From positions 28,582,001 through 28,646,000 of the forward strand of contig OX597842.1 of assembly GCA_951406725.2 (NCBI GenBank): a DNA stretch of 64,000 nt, read 5' to 3'. Position 1 is the first letter of the stretch, and every line of letters begins with the position of its first letter. Below are positions 13,824-25,579 of this stretch, one piece after another. The notes under the pieces were generated by a model. That model was not told where the DNA came from, did no database searches, and was given only the letters and a program-made list of their open reading frames with translations. Made by a program: the position numbers and the translations under genes. This DNA comes from Octopus vulgaris. Its lineage: Eukaryota.

Positions 13824-13963
13824 ATGTATGTTTTGTGAAGTGAATGAAGCCAGCATGGAGTTACAACCCTGTGCACATACTGTTTTATGTGAAGATTGTA
13901 GCAAAATTCAACTTAAAAGATGCCCTAAGTGTAAAACATGTATAGAAAGCAAAAGGAGAGTTG
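13824..13963 (+). CDS. ANK-RING-death domain gene, C3HC4 RING exon
   Basis: ccacag|A TGT...GTT G|gtaag, phase 2 to 1; CMFC-x11-CAH-x3-CEDC-x7-CPKC (MIB/IAP-type spacing). Confidence 0.9.
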
Positions 13964-15222
13964 GTAAGAATATGATTTGATGATCTGTCTGTTTGTCACA
14001 TGACATTAGGGAATGGAATAATGTTGTATCGACCCAGATCTGTCATAATCTGACAGACGTATGATAAAAGATGTCCCAGGTGTCTTTTCTCTTTGATAGT
14101 ATATCCATGACTACACCCACTGAATATTGTCTTTATCCAAGTAGGAAACCTGTCCCACATCAAAAGAGTACTGTCTGCAACATAAGACTAATACGTTTTA
14201 CTGAAATATAAATGAAATATCAATAAATCTCCAAGGTCCCTTCAGTAAACATCAACTTTTTATATTCAGTTGTCAGCTTTTATATGAGGTTAATGATTTA
14301 TAAGTATCTTGGGAAACTGATAATTAAGGACAACAGTACTTCCTATAACATCACAGTCAGCTTTGTAATGTAAGAATTTCAATGACAAAATCTCAACTGA
14401 GAGTTTAAGGATCTGACTCTTAGCGAGTCTTATATATTCTTGAGAATGAATTCTAGTGTCCCATTTCAGATATAACTCCTTTGCAATAATGTGTAGATAA
14501 ACAGTTTTAAGTTAAGGAGGTTTTATACAAATGTAATGTTTCAGGATACCTGTTATCACTTTCTGCTCCACCTGTGTAGAACCAATCATTGCTCACCTGG
14601 AAAAAGAAAAAGCTGCTTATTAAGGAGGATGAATGACATTGAAATATCTTCAGGTATTTCCTGAATCAGGTGGTATTCTGGTGAAGTGTGATGTGGGCAG
14701 TTAAAATTAAAGATTACCAACAGTAACATATAAAAATGAGAGCTGGGGTATGTTTATCCTTCCTGAAGCAATGTGTCATGCCTTTGTGGCCAGATCTTTG
14801 AAGACCAGTTTGGTTGACACTGGAATTTAGCAGAAGATGAGAAGAATATTGGTTAGTGAAGGTTCGAGATGAGAGGACAATGGCATGTCATGTGACCAGC
14901 ACAGACATAACAAAGGAAAGACAAAACTAAGAGAAAAAGAGTGTTATGAAGTGATAACCAAGTGAGAGAATTTCAGAATTGTTAGATTAGTATATAGGAT
15001 GTCTTAATAGAAAGATGAGATTTAGAAAGGTTTGCCTATTTTGTTGTGGTTCTAAATATTGAACTATTATATAGTAACAGCTTAGAAAGTGTTGACCGAA
15101 AGCATAGTGGTCACCAATTGACTATTGATGATATGAATGCCTTACAAAAATGGAATATAGATTATTAAAAGAGACAAAGAAATTTTACTATGAAGTATAA
15201 AACTTTGAAATGCTTATTTCAG

Positions 15223-15273
15223 TGTGTCCAAAGTCTGAAGAAAAAGCAGTCAAGATGGTTGCAGAAGCTGTTG
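15223..15273 (+). CDS. Linker micro-exon 1 (51 nt, VCPKSEEKAVKMVAEAV)
   Basis: tatttcag| ... G|gtgagt; symmetric phase 1-1, open in the RING frame. Confidence 0.75.
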
Positions 15274-15388
15274 GTGAGTATAAAATAACTGTAATTGATT
15301 TCTATAAATTTTACCTTCACCTGAGATATATTATTTGTGTGAATGACTGAGAACAGGTTCCATTCTTAATTTCCAATTCTTATTTCAG

Positions 15389-15424
15389 AATGTCCAAAGT
15401 GTAAAGGAAAAGTAAAATCTTTTG
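15389..15424 (+). CDS. Linker micro-exon 2 (36 nt, ECPKCKGKVKSF)
   Basis: tatttcag| ... G|gtgagt; phase 1-1, open. Confidence 0.7.
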
Positions 15425-15539
15425 GTGAGTATAAAATAACTGTAATTGATTTCTATAAATTTTACCTTCACCTGAGATATATTATTTGTGTGAATGACTG
15501 AGAACAGGTTCCATTCTTAATTTCCAATTCTTATTTCAG

Positions 15540-15590
15540 AATGTCCAAAGTCTGAAGAAAAAGCAGTCAAGACGGTTGCAGAATCTGTTG
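15540..15590 (+). CDS. Linker micro-exon 3 (51 nt, ECPKSEEKAVKTVAESV)
   Basis: Same splice signals; phase 1-1. Confidence 0.75.
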
Positions 15591-15705
15591 GTGAGTATAA
15601 AATAACTGTAATTGATTTCTATAAATTTTACCTTCACCTGAAATATATTATTTGTGTGAATGACTGAGAACAGGTTCCATTCTTAATTTCCAATTCTTAT
15701 TTCAG

Positions 15706-15756
15706 TGTGTCCAAAGTCTGAAGAAAAAGCAGTCCAGACGGTTGCAGAATCTGTTG
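15706..15756 (+). CDS. Linker micro-exon 4 (51 nt, VCPKSEEKAVQTVAESV)
   Basis: Same splice signals; phase 1-1. Confidence 0.75.
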
Positions 15757-16540
15757 GTGAGTATAAAATATCTGTAATAAATTTCTATAAATTTTATCTT
15801 CACCTGAAATATATTATTTGTGTGAATGACTGAGAACAGGTTCCATTGTTACATTTCTTTCGAATGGTTAGCGATAAAAGTAATTCTATTCGTTACCTAC
15901 AAATGCAAGAATATCCAATAAAGGGGTTTTATAGAAATATGGAAACATGAGACACAGGAAAAATGTCTTTCACGATGAGGCCAAAATACAAAAGATAAAA
16001 TATAAACCCTGAAGCTGTTCTCTCCCCATAATGAGATACATTCACTTTTCTTTCATCTCATTGTTGTCTCTCTCTCTCCTTCCCTGTTTCTTCCCTTCAT
16101 CTCTCTCTCTCTCTCTCTCTATGCATCTACATGTAGCAGCCTCTGTACTTTCCAGTCGTGTAACAACATGAATTGTATTTAAAATATTGATATTACAGAA
16201 ATTTAATAAAATGTCCAGCAGTGTTGGCTCTGTTGCTAAAATGGTTAAATTAGAAAAAAAAAACAATAGAGTTAATATTGTCTTTTGAATGAAGGAAGAA
16301 AAACATTTTGTTGTTTAATGGTAAACAGGTGAGTTAATGACAGTGTTTGTTTGTTGTACGTTTTCAATAAGTTTACTGATTATTGTTGTTGATGTTCTTG
16401 TTGAACAAGATGGTTAAGTTGAAAGCTTACAAGTGTGATCACCCTGTCTTCTTTTTTTCACTGTTAGTAAATCTATCATTACATCCATTAAATGATGTCT
16501 TTGTCCAAGTAAGAAGCTTTGGTCTGCTGCTGAGACAATT

Positions 16541-16574
<34 letters not shown>

Positions 16575-18071
16575 TAAGATGGACACTGGTTGCAAGATAC
16601 AAAACAATCGATGTTATTGTCCTCATCATTTACCGTCTGCTCTCCTTGCTTCCATGTAATGGATGGGTGATCACTGTCCAAGTCAGTTCTTATTCAGAGT
16701 TACTGTCCCCCTTGACTGCTTGAGAAACACATCTCCCTTAAACATTCCACCTTTTCTATGGTGGGATGCCCTCCCCAACACCAACCACTTCATAAAGAGT
16801 CCTGAGTACATTTTAATGTGGCACAAGCACTAGAAAGATTTTCATGTGTCCAACATTGAAACTGGAATAGCTGTAGGTTGCACACAATCAGTCTCTTGGT
16901 TTGTGCTTGTTATGGGGGTCGGCAGATTTATGAGAAGAAATTACTCAGGCGAAATCACCTCAGAAGACATTCATGGTTGACATAAAAATGCTAACAAGAG
17001 ATCCAAAGTATATGCAATCAGTCCTAGATAGATTGGATGGACTAATTAATTGCTCAAGAATGCTGTTTGAAACAAATAATGAATGCATTCTGACATTGTG
17101 AAAGATCAACAGAAGCAAGTGAAGTTCAAAATAGCAGGAGAAACGATGTGAAAGGTTAAAGAGTAACTTGTAAAACGTTTTGGACTGTGGTAGACGATCT
17201 CATTGTCCGATAAGAGTAGAGGCATTGCAGAAACCGAGGATGGGCAATAAGCATTTGCCAAGTCAAAACTTCTGGGCAAAAACAAGATTTGGTGCTTGAA
17301 GTTTGATCTATATCACCATCTTGATAATATATTCTTAAATATCACTTCTTTTGTACCATTTCAGATGTTTTTCCTTTGCGATAATCTGTGTATGAACATT
17401 TGCATGTTGTTAAAGATGTTTTGTGCAAGTATACAGTGTTTTAGGATACTTGCTATCACTTTCTGTTTCACCTGTGTAGAACTAATCATTGCTCATCAGG
17501 AAAGAAAAGCATTTCATTAAGGAGTCCTTAAATATTTCCTGAATCAGATGAAATTCTGGTGAACTGTGAGTTGCATAGTTTAAAATTAAAGATTAAAAGC
17601 AGCAACGTTTGACAAAGATAACAGGTGTGACATGAGTTTGTGTCAAGGTCGTTGATGACCAGCTTGGTTGACATCAGAATTAAGCAAAAGATGAGGGGAA
17701 TGTTGATTAAGTGAAGTCCAGTGGTGAGGGGACAATGCCATGTCATAGGTTTAGCATGGATATAAGAGAGAAGAAAGATAAAAGGTGTTAACATGTGATC
17801 ATTAAATAAGATGATTGCAACGTTGTTAGATTAAGTAGGATGTCTTAAGAGAAAAAGGAGGCTTATGAAGGTCAGTCTATTTTGTTATGGACCTAAATAT
17901 TGAGCCATTATATAGGACCACTGTAGGAAGTATAAAAGTGTCAACCAAACCTATAGTGGTCAGAAGTTGTCCATTGATGATAGGAGTGTCTTACAATAAT
18001 AATATATAAACCATTAACAGAGATCGGGAAATTGTGCTATGAAGTGTAAAATTTGGAAATATTTATTTCAG

Positions 18072-18143
18072 AGTCTGTAATGGTAGAGGAGAAGCATCTT
18101 CATAGGGTGTCCCAAAAGTTGGCAGGTAAATGGATGGAACTTG
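18072..18143 (+). CDS. ANK-RING-death domain gene, death domain exon 1 (ESVMVEEKHLHRVSQKLAGKWMEL)
   Basis: tatttcag|AG...CTT G|gtgagt, phase 1-1; L..VS.KL...W..LG is the death-domain helix 1-2 pattern. Confidence 0.85.
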
Positions 18144-19132
18144 GTGAGTATAAAATACCCAATTAATTTCTATAAATTTTACTTTCAGCTAAACTTTTGT
18201 TTGTTTGAATGACTGAGAACCGGTTCCATTCCTAATTTCCAATTGAAAGTTTAGCTAAAAAGTAAAGCTATCACTGATATTTCATAAAATATCTACAGAC
18301 GTCAGCACGGTTGTAAAATGTATAAATTAGAAGGTCCAGTAGAGTTAATACTATCGTTTGTAAAAGGGGACTCAAAAATATTGTTGTTTAAGAGTAAACA
18401 GGTGAATTAATGACAATGTTTTTGCTTGTTTACACTTTTACTAAGTTTACTAGTAGAGTGTTGTTGTTGTTGATGTTTATTTCGGCAGATATCTGCCTTA
18501 ATCTGGCAGAATTAAGGGGAAAGGGTTCCATTGCTCTTTCTCTTGGGTGAAGAGGACCACATTATCAAGTGTAACCTTTTTAAAATGAGAGTGTGCATTG
18601 TGTGGGACATGTTGTCATCTCTCCCCTGGCCAGTCTGTTTTTCTATATTTACTGTAATTCTTTAGTCCCAGGTCAACATATATTTCCTGTCTCTATAGAA
18701 GACAGGCCCCATTGTTGATTGTGTTCATGGCTGGATTGAACTCAGCATTGTAAGTTAATGAAACACTCATTTATATTAGAAGAAAAAGAATCTCAACAGA
18801 AAATTCAAACTCAACTTGATCTTGTTTCTCAATTGAAATCATTTCACTCTCCTTTACATTACAAATGTCACATGGAAAGGCATGAACATCACAATATCCC
18901 ATTTCCCCTTCTCCGACAGTTTAACACAACATAAAATATCATTTATACAATGCTCCTATTATTTACAGCAATGTCTTCTACCTCCCTATGGTACCTATAT
19001 ACATCTAGATAGAATGAAGCATAGAGAAATGTCTTTACCAGGTACATTGAGCGGTGCTGGGGATTAGATTTGAACCTTTGATCCCTGACTCAAGGGATCA
19101 TGACAATATCCCCTGAGTCAGCTGATAGAAAC

Positions 19133-20008
19133 CATCATCATCATCACTTGACGTCTGTTTTCCATGCTGGCATGGGTTGGACTGTTTGACTGAGGTCTGG
19201 AGAGCCAGTGGCTGCACCAGGCTCCAATCTGATCTGGCAGAGTTTCTACAGCTGGATGCCCTTCCTAATGCCAGCCACTCCGAGAGTGTAGTGGGTGCTT
19301 TTTATGTGTCACCAGTACAGGAGCCAGTCAGGTGGACCTAGCATCAGTCATGTTCGGATGGCCTTTTTACGTGCCACCAACACAAGGAGTCAGTCAGATG
19401 ACACTGGCATCGACTACATTCGGATGATGGTTTTTATGTGCCACCAGAACGGGGGCTAGTCATGGGGAACTGGCCACAGCTGCAATTTTGGTTTTACTTC
19501 ACTCCACAGGTCTTCTCAAGCATATCATGTCACCCGATGCATTAAGGATACTCTTAAATGGGCCGGACATGCAACACTGGCATCGGCCATGGCTGCGATC
19601 TCACTTTAGTTGCTGGGTCTTCTCAATCACAGTATATTTCCAAAGGTCTCGGTCTCCTGCCATTGCCTCTGTGAGGCCCAATGTTCAAAGGCCATGCTTC
19701 ACCATCTCATTCCATGTCTTCCTGGGTCTACCTCTTCCACAGCTTCGTTCTACAGTTAGGGAGTAGCACTTCCTCACACAGTTGTCCTCATCCATACGTA
19801 ATATGTGACCATACCAGCGTAGTCGTCTCTCTTGCACACCACATTTGATGCTTCTCATGTCCAACTTTCCTCTCAGGGTGTTTACACTGTGTCGTGTATG
19901 CACACAGACATTCCACATCCAGCGGATCATACTACCTTCATTTCTGTCAAGCCTACGCATGTCCTCAGCAATCATGGCCCATGTTTCACTGCCATGTAGC
20001 ATGGCAGT
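19133..20008 (-). mobile_element. RTE-like LINE 3' end with long 3' UTR and (GAT)n tail
   Basis: ORF 19685-20002 (MLHGSETW...RLRWYGHILRM...RGRPRKTW), then the family 3' UTR ending in catcatcat on the + strand. Confidence 0.88.
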
Positions 20009-21848
20009 TCACACTCAGAAATGATTTATCTAATTTAAGAAAGGACATCGTCTACAACATTGCCAGCTTGCTATACCTCTGGGTGTCATACAAAATATAC
20101 CAGTCATATACTGGGATAAAAGGAATCCACTAACACCAGGTCCATTATCATCATCACCTTACATCCATTTTTCTAAGTTTGTAATGGTCAGACGACTTCT
20201 CCCAGAGTTGTTGTGGTCCTTTGTCCAGTTTGATCGCTTGTTTCTTTCCACTTGAATTCCAGGCACTTCTTTACCCAGATTTCATCTGCCATGTCCCTTC
20301 TATATCTATACCATTATCTTTTTTCTTGTACACTATCACAGATTCTTCTGAGATCCAGTTATTTGGCTCCAAGTTTTCAACACATTAACATTACACTTCT
20401 AGTGATGTCTGCTCACCTCATTTCCTGGCAGTTTCCATTGCATCTTTCACATTCTACGTAACATTGCATGAGGTGTATTTGTAAAGTGCAATCTCTCCCT
20501 CATATGGAGACAGAATCCCTTAGTTGCCAGTAGACATAACAACTCCCTGTACATTTTTCATCTCGTTTTCCTTCTGTACTTTCAGAATAGTTTCCTCTAC
20601 TTCTAATTCTGTCCTTTAGGTAACAGAAACTATCAACTATGTCTTTCATACTTGTTCCTATGAACTATTCCTGTATATTTGCCACATACAAAGTCCTTCC
20701 TCAGCCCTAACCTTAACCTGCCCTCCCTGTAAACTTGCTTGTTTGTGAATGCAGTGATTCTATCAGGACCCGAGTGTTGTAGGTGTATGGTGTAGATGTT
20801 GGTAAAACTCTTCTCATTGCTTTGTTTACTCTAGGGCCTCTCCTGTATTAGATTCTTTGAAATTGTGGCCTTGATCCAACGAAAGAAGTTCTTGTTATAA
20901 GTCATGAATCCAAAAACCTTAAGCCAATGCCCTCTATAATATGTGATATTTACCTAACAGTATTATGTTTTTACTTTGGGATGGTTGAAATCATTCAGGT
21001 ACACAATCCCCGCTTTTGAGATATTTCTGAATGTTGATAATTTTTAAATATTTATTAATCATAGGTGGAAAAACATCGCAAATGACTATTTCAGGCATTG
21101 ATCACAGGACGTTATCAAACGACTGAGATTGTATTCCTCCAAAGAGTCTCTGGAGTAACGTTACTCAACAAGGTGTGCAGGCTGGAGATTTGGGGTCTCT
21201 CCAGGTCAAGTGACTGCTTCTCTGCATTGAGAATTCACAGCTCCAGTAATCCTGGCATGTGATTAAAATATCACAGGAAAGAACCATAAAAGGGATTCTT
21301 CAAGCTGAGCCAACCGACAGGAGACCTAGGGGTAGAGCAAGAATGAAATGGTTGGATGATATCCATAGTTTCAATTGGCCATGCTTGGAAATCCTTTCAG
21401 AAATTCTAATGAAGGTTGCCTCTGATAGGATCATATGAAGGAGGTGCCTGAAGACTCTTCCCCTACAACCCTCCTATGAATAGAGGGCAGAGAAAATGGA
21501 TGGATGGGTGAAATTATCTGTTGGTGGTCTTTGTCAATTCTTTAGGCTCTCATACACTGCTACCCACACAAACACTTCTCCTGCCAGTTGTTCACCAAAC
21601 ATTTTCTCATGTGTAATTTTCAATTCTTTAAAATATTCTTCTCCTTCTCCAGCCTTTATTTCAAATTGTTTGATATTTTTGTCAACATCTTTAGAAATAG
21701 ATAACAAAGTCTTCTAATTTCCCTGTTTCTTAAGTATTTCTCATTCTTCTATTCACATAATTTCTTTGTCCTAATTAATACAGCCTACAGTACACAGGTT
21801 TTATATTATCGTTAATGCTGTTGCAATTATTTCTTATTTCTTTTGCAG

Positions 21849-22054
21849 GAAGGGAATTAGAAATTAAACAAACTGACCTGGAAATCATCAGGCATGACTA
21901 TCCTCAAAGCGTTAGGGAACAAGGCTTCCAGATGCTGCTCAAATGGCATCAGCTTTGTGATCGAGAGAAACATACACTTCAAATATTAAAAGCAGCTCTT
22001 AAAGAAACTGAATGTTATGATGCACTCAAATGTTTACCATCAGAATTCAATTGA
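21849..22054 (+). CDS. ANK-RING-death domain gene, terminal death domain exon
   Basis: ttttgcag|GA AGG...TGA; GRELEIKQTDLEIIRHDYPQSVREQGFQMLLKW...LKAALKETEC, a typical death domain. Confidence 0.9.
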
Positions 22055-22181
22055 ATTTCTTTGTAAATTGTTGCTGTTGCTTAGTTGCAAGTCTGTCTTT
22101 ACCACAGACCTATTATCAAATGCCTTCCATCCAGGACCATTGTTTAATGTGTCCTTCTATAAGGTGATAAGTAGGATTTGG

Positions 22182-23928
22182 GGATCTTTACCTTTTGACC
22201 GGCAGATTTAGAAAATAATTTTTTGGAACTAAACACTTTCAAACTTCGTATTCTGGTAGAATGTGTCGTATAAAACATCTTTTACTCTTATCGTTTTTGA
22301 GAAAAGTTTATATTTACAAAGTTATTTCGTGTTAAATTTGTCGTATTTCGGTAATTTCAACCAATCAATGGCGTGTATTCATCTGAATAAAATTACTGCC
22401 GTTGTTTGTCAACAACAACTTCTGGCGGTGTATATTTCGTTTGTCACTGTTATTTATGACATATTTCATCTCAGTTATGTTTGTATGAAAAACGAGTCTA
22501 TCTGAAACATGTTTACTTCATGGCACCACCAGAATCGTTCGTGCATTTCTACTGGTTTTAGTTGTTTTTTCCTGTTTTTCAGCTACTATTTTCGCTAAGA
22601 CTTTTTTAACCCTAACCCTAAAACCCTAGCCCTAACACTAAAACCCTAGCCCTAACACTAAAACCTTAACTCTAACCCTAAAACCCTAAACCTAACCCTA
22701 AAACCTTAGCCCTGACACTAAAACCCTAGCCCTAACACTAAAACCTTAACTCTAACCCTAAAACCCTAACCCTAACCCTAAAACCTTAGCCCTGACATTA
22801 AAACCCTAGCCCTAACACTAAAACCTTAACTCTAACCCTAAAACCCTAACCCTAACACCTTAGCCCTGACATTAAAACCCTAGCCCTAACACTAAAACCT
22901 TAACTCTAACCCTAAAACCCTAAACCTAACCCTAAAACCTTAGCCCTGACACTAAAACCCTAGCCCTAACACTAAAACCTTAACTCTAACCCTAAAACCC
23001 TAACCCTAACACCTTAGCCCTGACATTAAAACCCTAGCCCTAACACTAAAACCTTAACTCTAACCCTAAAACCCTAAACCTAACCCTAAAACCTTAGCCC
23101 TGACACTAAAACCCTAGCCCTAACACTAAAACCTTAACTCTAACCCTAAAACCCTAAACCTAACCCTAAAACCTTAGCCTTGACATTAAAACCCTAGCCC
23201 TAACACTAAAACCTTAACTCTAACCCTAAAACCCTAACCCTAACACCTTAGCCCTGACATTAAAACCCTAGCCCTAACACTAAAACCTTAACTCTAACCC
23301 TAAAACCCTAAACCTAACCCTAAAACCTTAGCCCTGACACTAAAACCCTAGCCCTAACACTAAAACCTTAACTCTAACCCTAAAACCCTAACCCTAACAC
23401 CTTAGCCCTGACACTAAAACCCTAGCCCTAACACTAAAACCTTAACTCTAACCCTAAAACCCTAACCCTAACCCTAAAACCTTAGCCCTGACACTAAAAC
23501 CCTAGCCCTAACACTAAAACCTTAACTCTAACCCTAACCCTAAAACCCTAACCCTAACCCTAACACCTTAAAGCTAAAACCAGTACAAACGCACGAACGA
23601 TGTCATAAATAACAACAACAAACGAAATATATACCACCAGTTGTTGTTGACAAACATCATCATCATCATCATCATCCTTTAACATCTGCTTTGCATGCTA
23701 GCATGGGTTAGCAGTAATTTTATTCAGCTGAATACACATCATTGATTGGTTGAAATTACTGAAATACGACAAATTTAACACGAAATAACTTTGTAAATAT
23801 AAACTTTTCTCAAAAACGCTAAGAGTAAAAGATGTTTTATACGACACATTCTACCAGAATACGAAGTTTGAAAGTGTTTAGTTACAAGAAATTATTTTCT
23901 AAATCTGCCGGTCGAAAGGTAAAGATCC
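22182..23928. mobile_element. Non-autonomous long-TIR (foldback; Merlin- or MULE-like) DNA transposon with telomere-like core
   Basis: Ends GGATCTTTACC...GGTAAAGATCC; inverted arms ~22182-22561 and ~23574-23928; 8-bp direct repeat GGATTTGG at 22174-81 and 23929-36. Confidence 0.9.
22607..23570 (+). repeat. Interstitial telomere-like (CCCTAA-derived) higher-order repeat, 20-bp monomers in 80/75-bp units
   Basis: Unit aaaaccctagccctaacact-aaaaccttaactctaaccct-aaaaccctaaacctaaccct-aaaaccttagccctgacact, repeated roughly 11-12 times. Confidence 0.92.
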
Positions 23929-24018
23929 GGATTTGGTTACTAATTCTGGCAGATCTCTCTATCACCTGTAGACCCCTTTACTGGTTTGGTTCCCTCATTG
24001 TTCTAGATAAACTGTGGA

Positions 24019-24024
24019 AATAAA
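24019..24024 (+). promoter_or_regulatory. Candidate polyadenylation signal of the ANK-RING-DD gene
   Basis: AATAAA followed ~20 nt later by a GT/T-rich tract (tttgttgttgttgttgt). An alternative AATAAA lies at 22386 inside the left TIR. Confidence 0.4.
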
Positions 24025-25016
24025 GACAAACTTTGAAATTTCATTTGTTGTTGTTGTTGTAAGTCCCAGCATCTCCCTAAACACTTCCATTGTTATAGAG
24101 ACAGTTTAAATATCCTGTGGAATTTTTCAAAAAACGAAAGTTGTAAATTCCATTTTGTGAAACTTACTTAAAATGCACATTTTTTCAAGTAGAACCTCCT
24201 TGTGGACACAATTGTCAGTCAATATACAGTTTCTATTTGTCTCAGCCAATATTTTTACATTAGCCTTCATCCAAAATCTAGAAAAGGAAACTTACAGCTG
24301 ACCACGGGAGAAGAATTGCGTTGGAAGATATATTCTGCTTGGTTTAAATGTCTGTCCCTGTGCCTTGCTGCATGTCAAGGCAGAGACTGGTTCCACAGGA
24401 AATTGTTTATGTGGTAACTGTGAATGGGAACTCCAGTCATTGAGACCCATGCGGAATCCTTGAGATTACCAGCATTGATCCTGCAGAAGGACCACAAGCA
24501 ACCTCAGCCACAATAATAAGATCGTGCAAGCAGATAATAACGTAGCCTGTGTCATTGCAATGGCCTTGTTTAACATCTAAATTCTTCGAAAACCTAATGC
24601 AGCCTCTTGTCTTTCAGGTTAGGATATGTCCATTGAAAACCTGATGGTAGGAGTTTGTTGATGAATTTGATTAGGTACAGAGCTTCGTTATCAACTGTAT
24701 CTGAGCTTTCTGTATATCTTTACCTCGCCAGGGATCCTGGTCAACATGAATTCATTCACAAATTGTGATATTTCATTTGTTGGAGTAATGGTCTGTTTGC
24801 AAGCCACATGGGGTCTGTGAAGTTATTTGCAAGGTCAGCCTCTACAAAATCACTTGGAATTAAAGACAAAGTTTGTAAGTCAGGTTGATTTTGAATGCAC
24901 CTAGACTTTGTTCGACAGAAATGTCACTATTTCCTACATCTCTCTTTCATCAGAATGATCTTTTGTAAAAAGTCTTAGATTGGTTGTCAACTTCACTACT
25001 TGCACCAAATCCTCAT

Positions 25017-25450
25017 ATAATAATAATAATAATGAAATTATTGTATACAGTGCTCAGGTGCGCCACAACTTGTCAGACAGTGCATATAAAGTATATGCAG
25101 TAATGTACAAATGTCTGGAAAGCGAATAATGTATGAGTCAGATACATGCTTGTGTGTGTATGGAGGGGAGAAAATCAGGTGTAGTGTTGGCAAATCTCAG
25201 AAAGCATGGAAGTTTTAAAGGATGCAGTGCTCCGACAACCAACAACTGATACCGGCAGTTTGTTCCATGCTTCAGCAACTCTCAGCGTGAAAAAATGTTT
25301 CCTAAAGTCATGGGAGCTGTGCTGTTTTCTGACTTTGTAAACATGTCCACAGGTGGAGTTTGAAAAGGTGCTCAGAGTTATTGTTTGTAAGATGGTTAAT
25401 AATTTTAGGGGTGTCTGTCAAGTCAGCTGCCAGACGTCGGAGTTTCAATG
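25017..25450 (-). mobile_element. CR1-like LINE 3' end with (TTA)n tail
   Basis: Reverse strand encodes ...RKHFFTLRVAEAWNKLPVSVV...FK; taataataat tail on +. Confidence 0.75.
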
Positions 25451-25579
25451 TGTGTATTTGAATTTTTCTTGTTATATATCACATTTAAACACACATTTTT
25501 ATTCTGATGTTTAATCTTATATCTCACATTCTGTATTTCTCATATACTTGATTTTACATGATTGATGTATATATACTAA

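Larger units (their letters stand above)
14460..18480 (+). repeat. Old intragenic duplication: ~14460-16410 is homologous to ~17355-18480
   Basis: Shared collinear blocks, e.g. cacctgtgtagaac.aatcattgctca (14570/17470), gtgagtataaaata...gaatgactgagaac.ggttccatt (15274/18144) and gtaaacaggtga.ttaatgaca (16321/18393). Confidence 0.85.

Noticed and set aside
15223-15850. CRISPR-like look (constant repeat with variable spacers)
   Set aside because: The constant part is a 115-nt GT-AG intron and the 'spacers' are mutually homologous in-frame exons. The context is eukaryotic and no cas genes are present.
22607-23570. True telomere or chromosome fusion site
   Set aside because: The array is degenerate, in a single orientation, and enclosed by TIRs with a TSD; there is no head-to-head junction.
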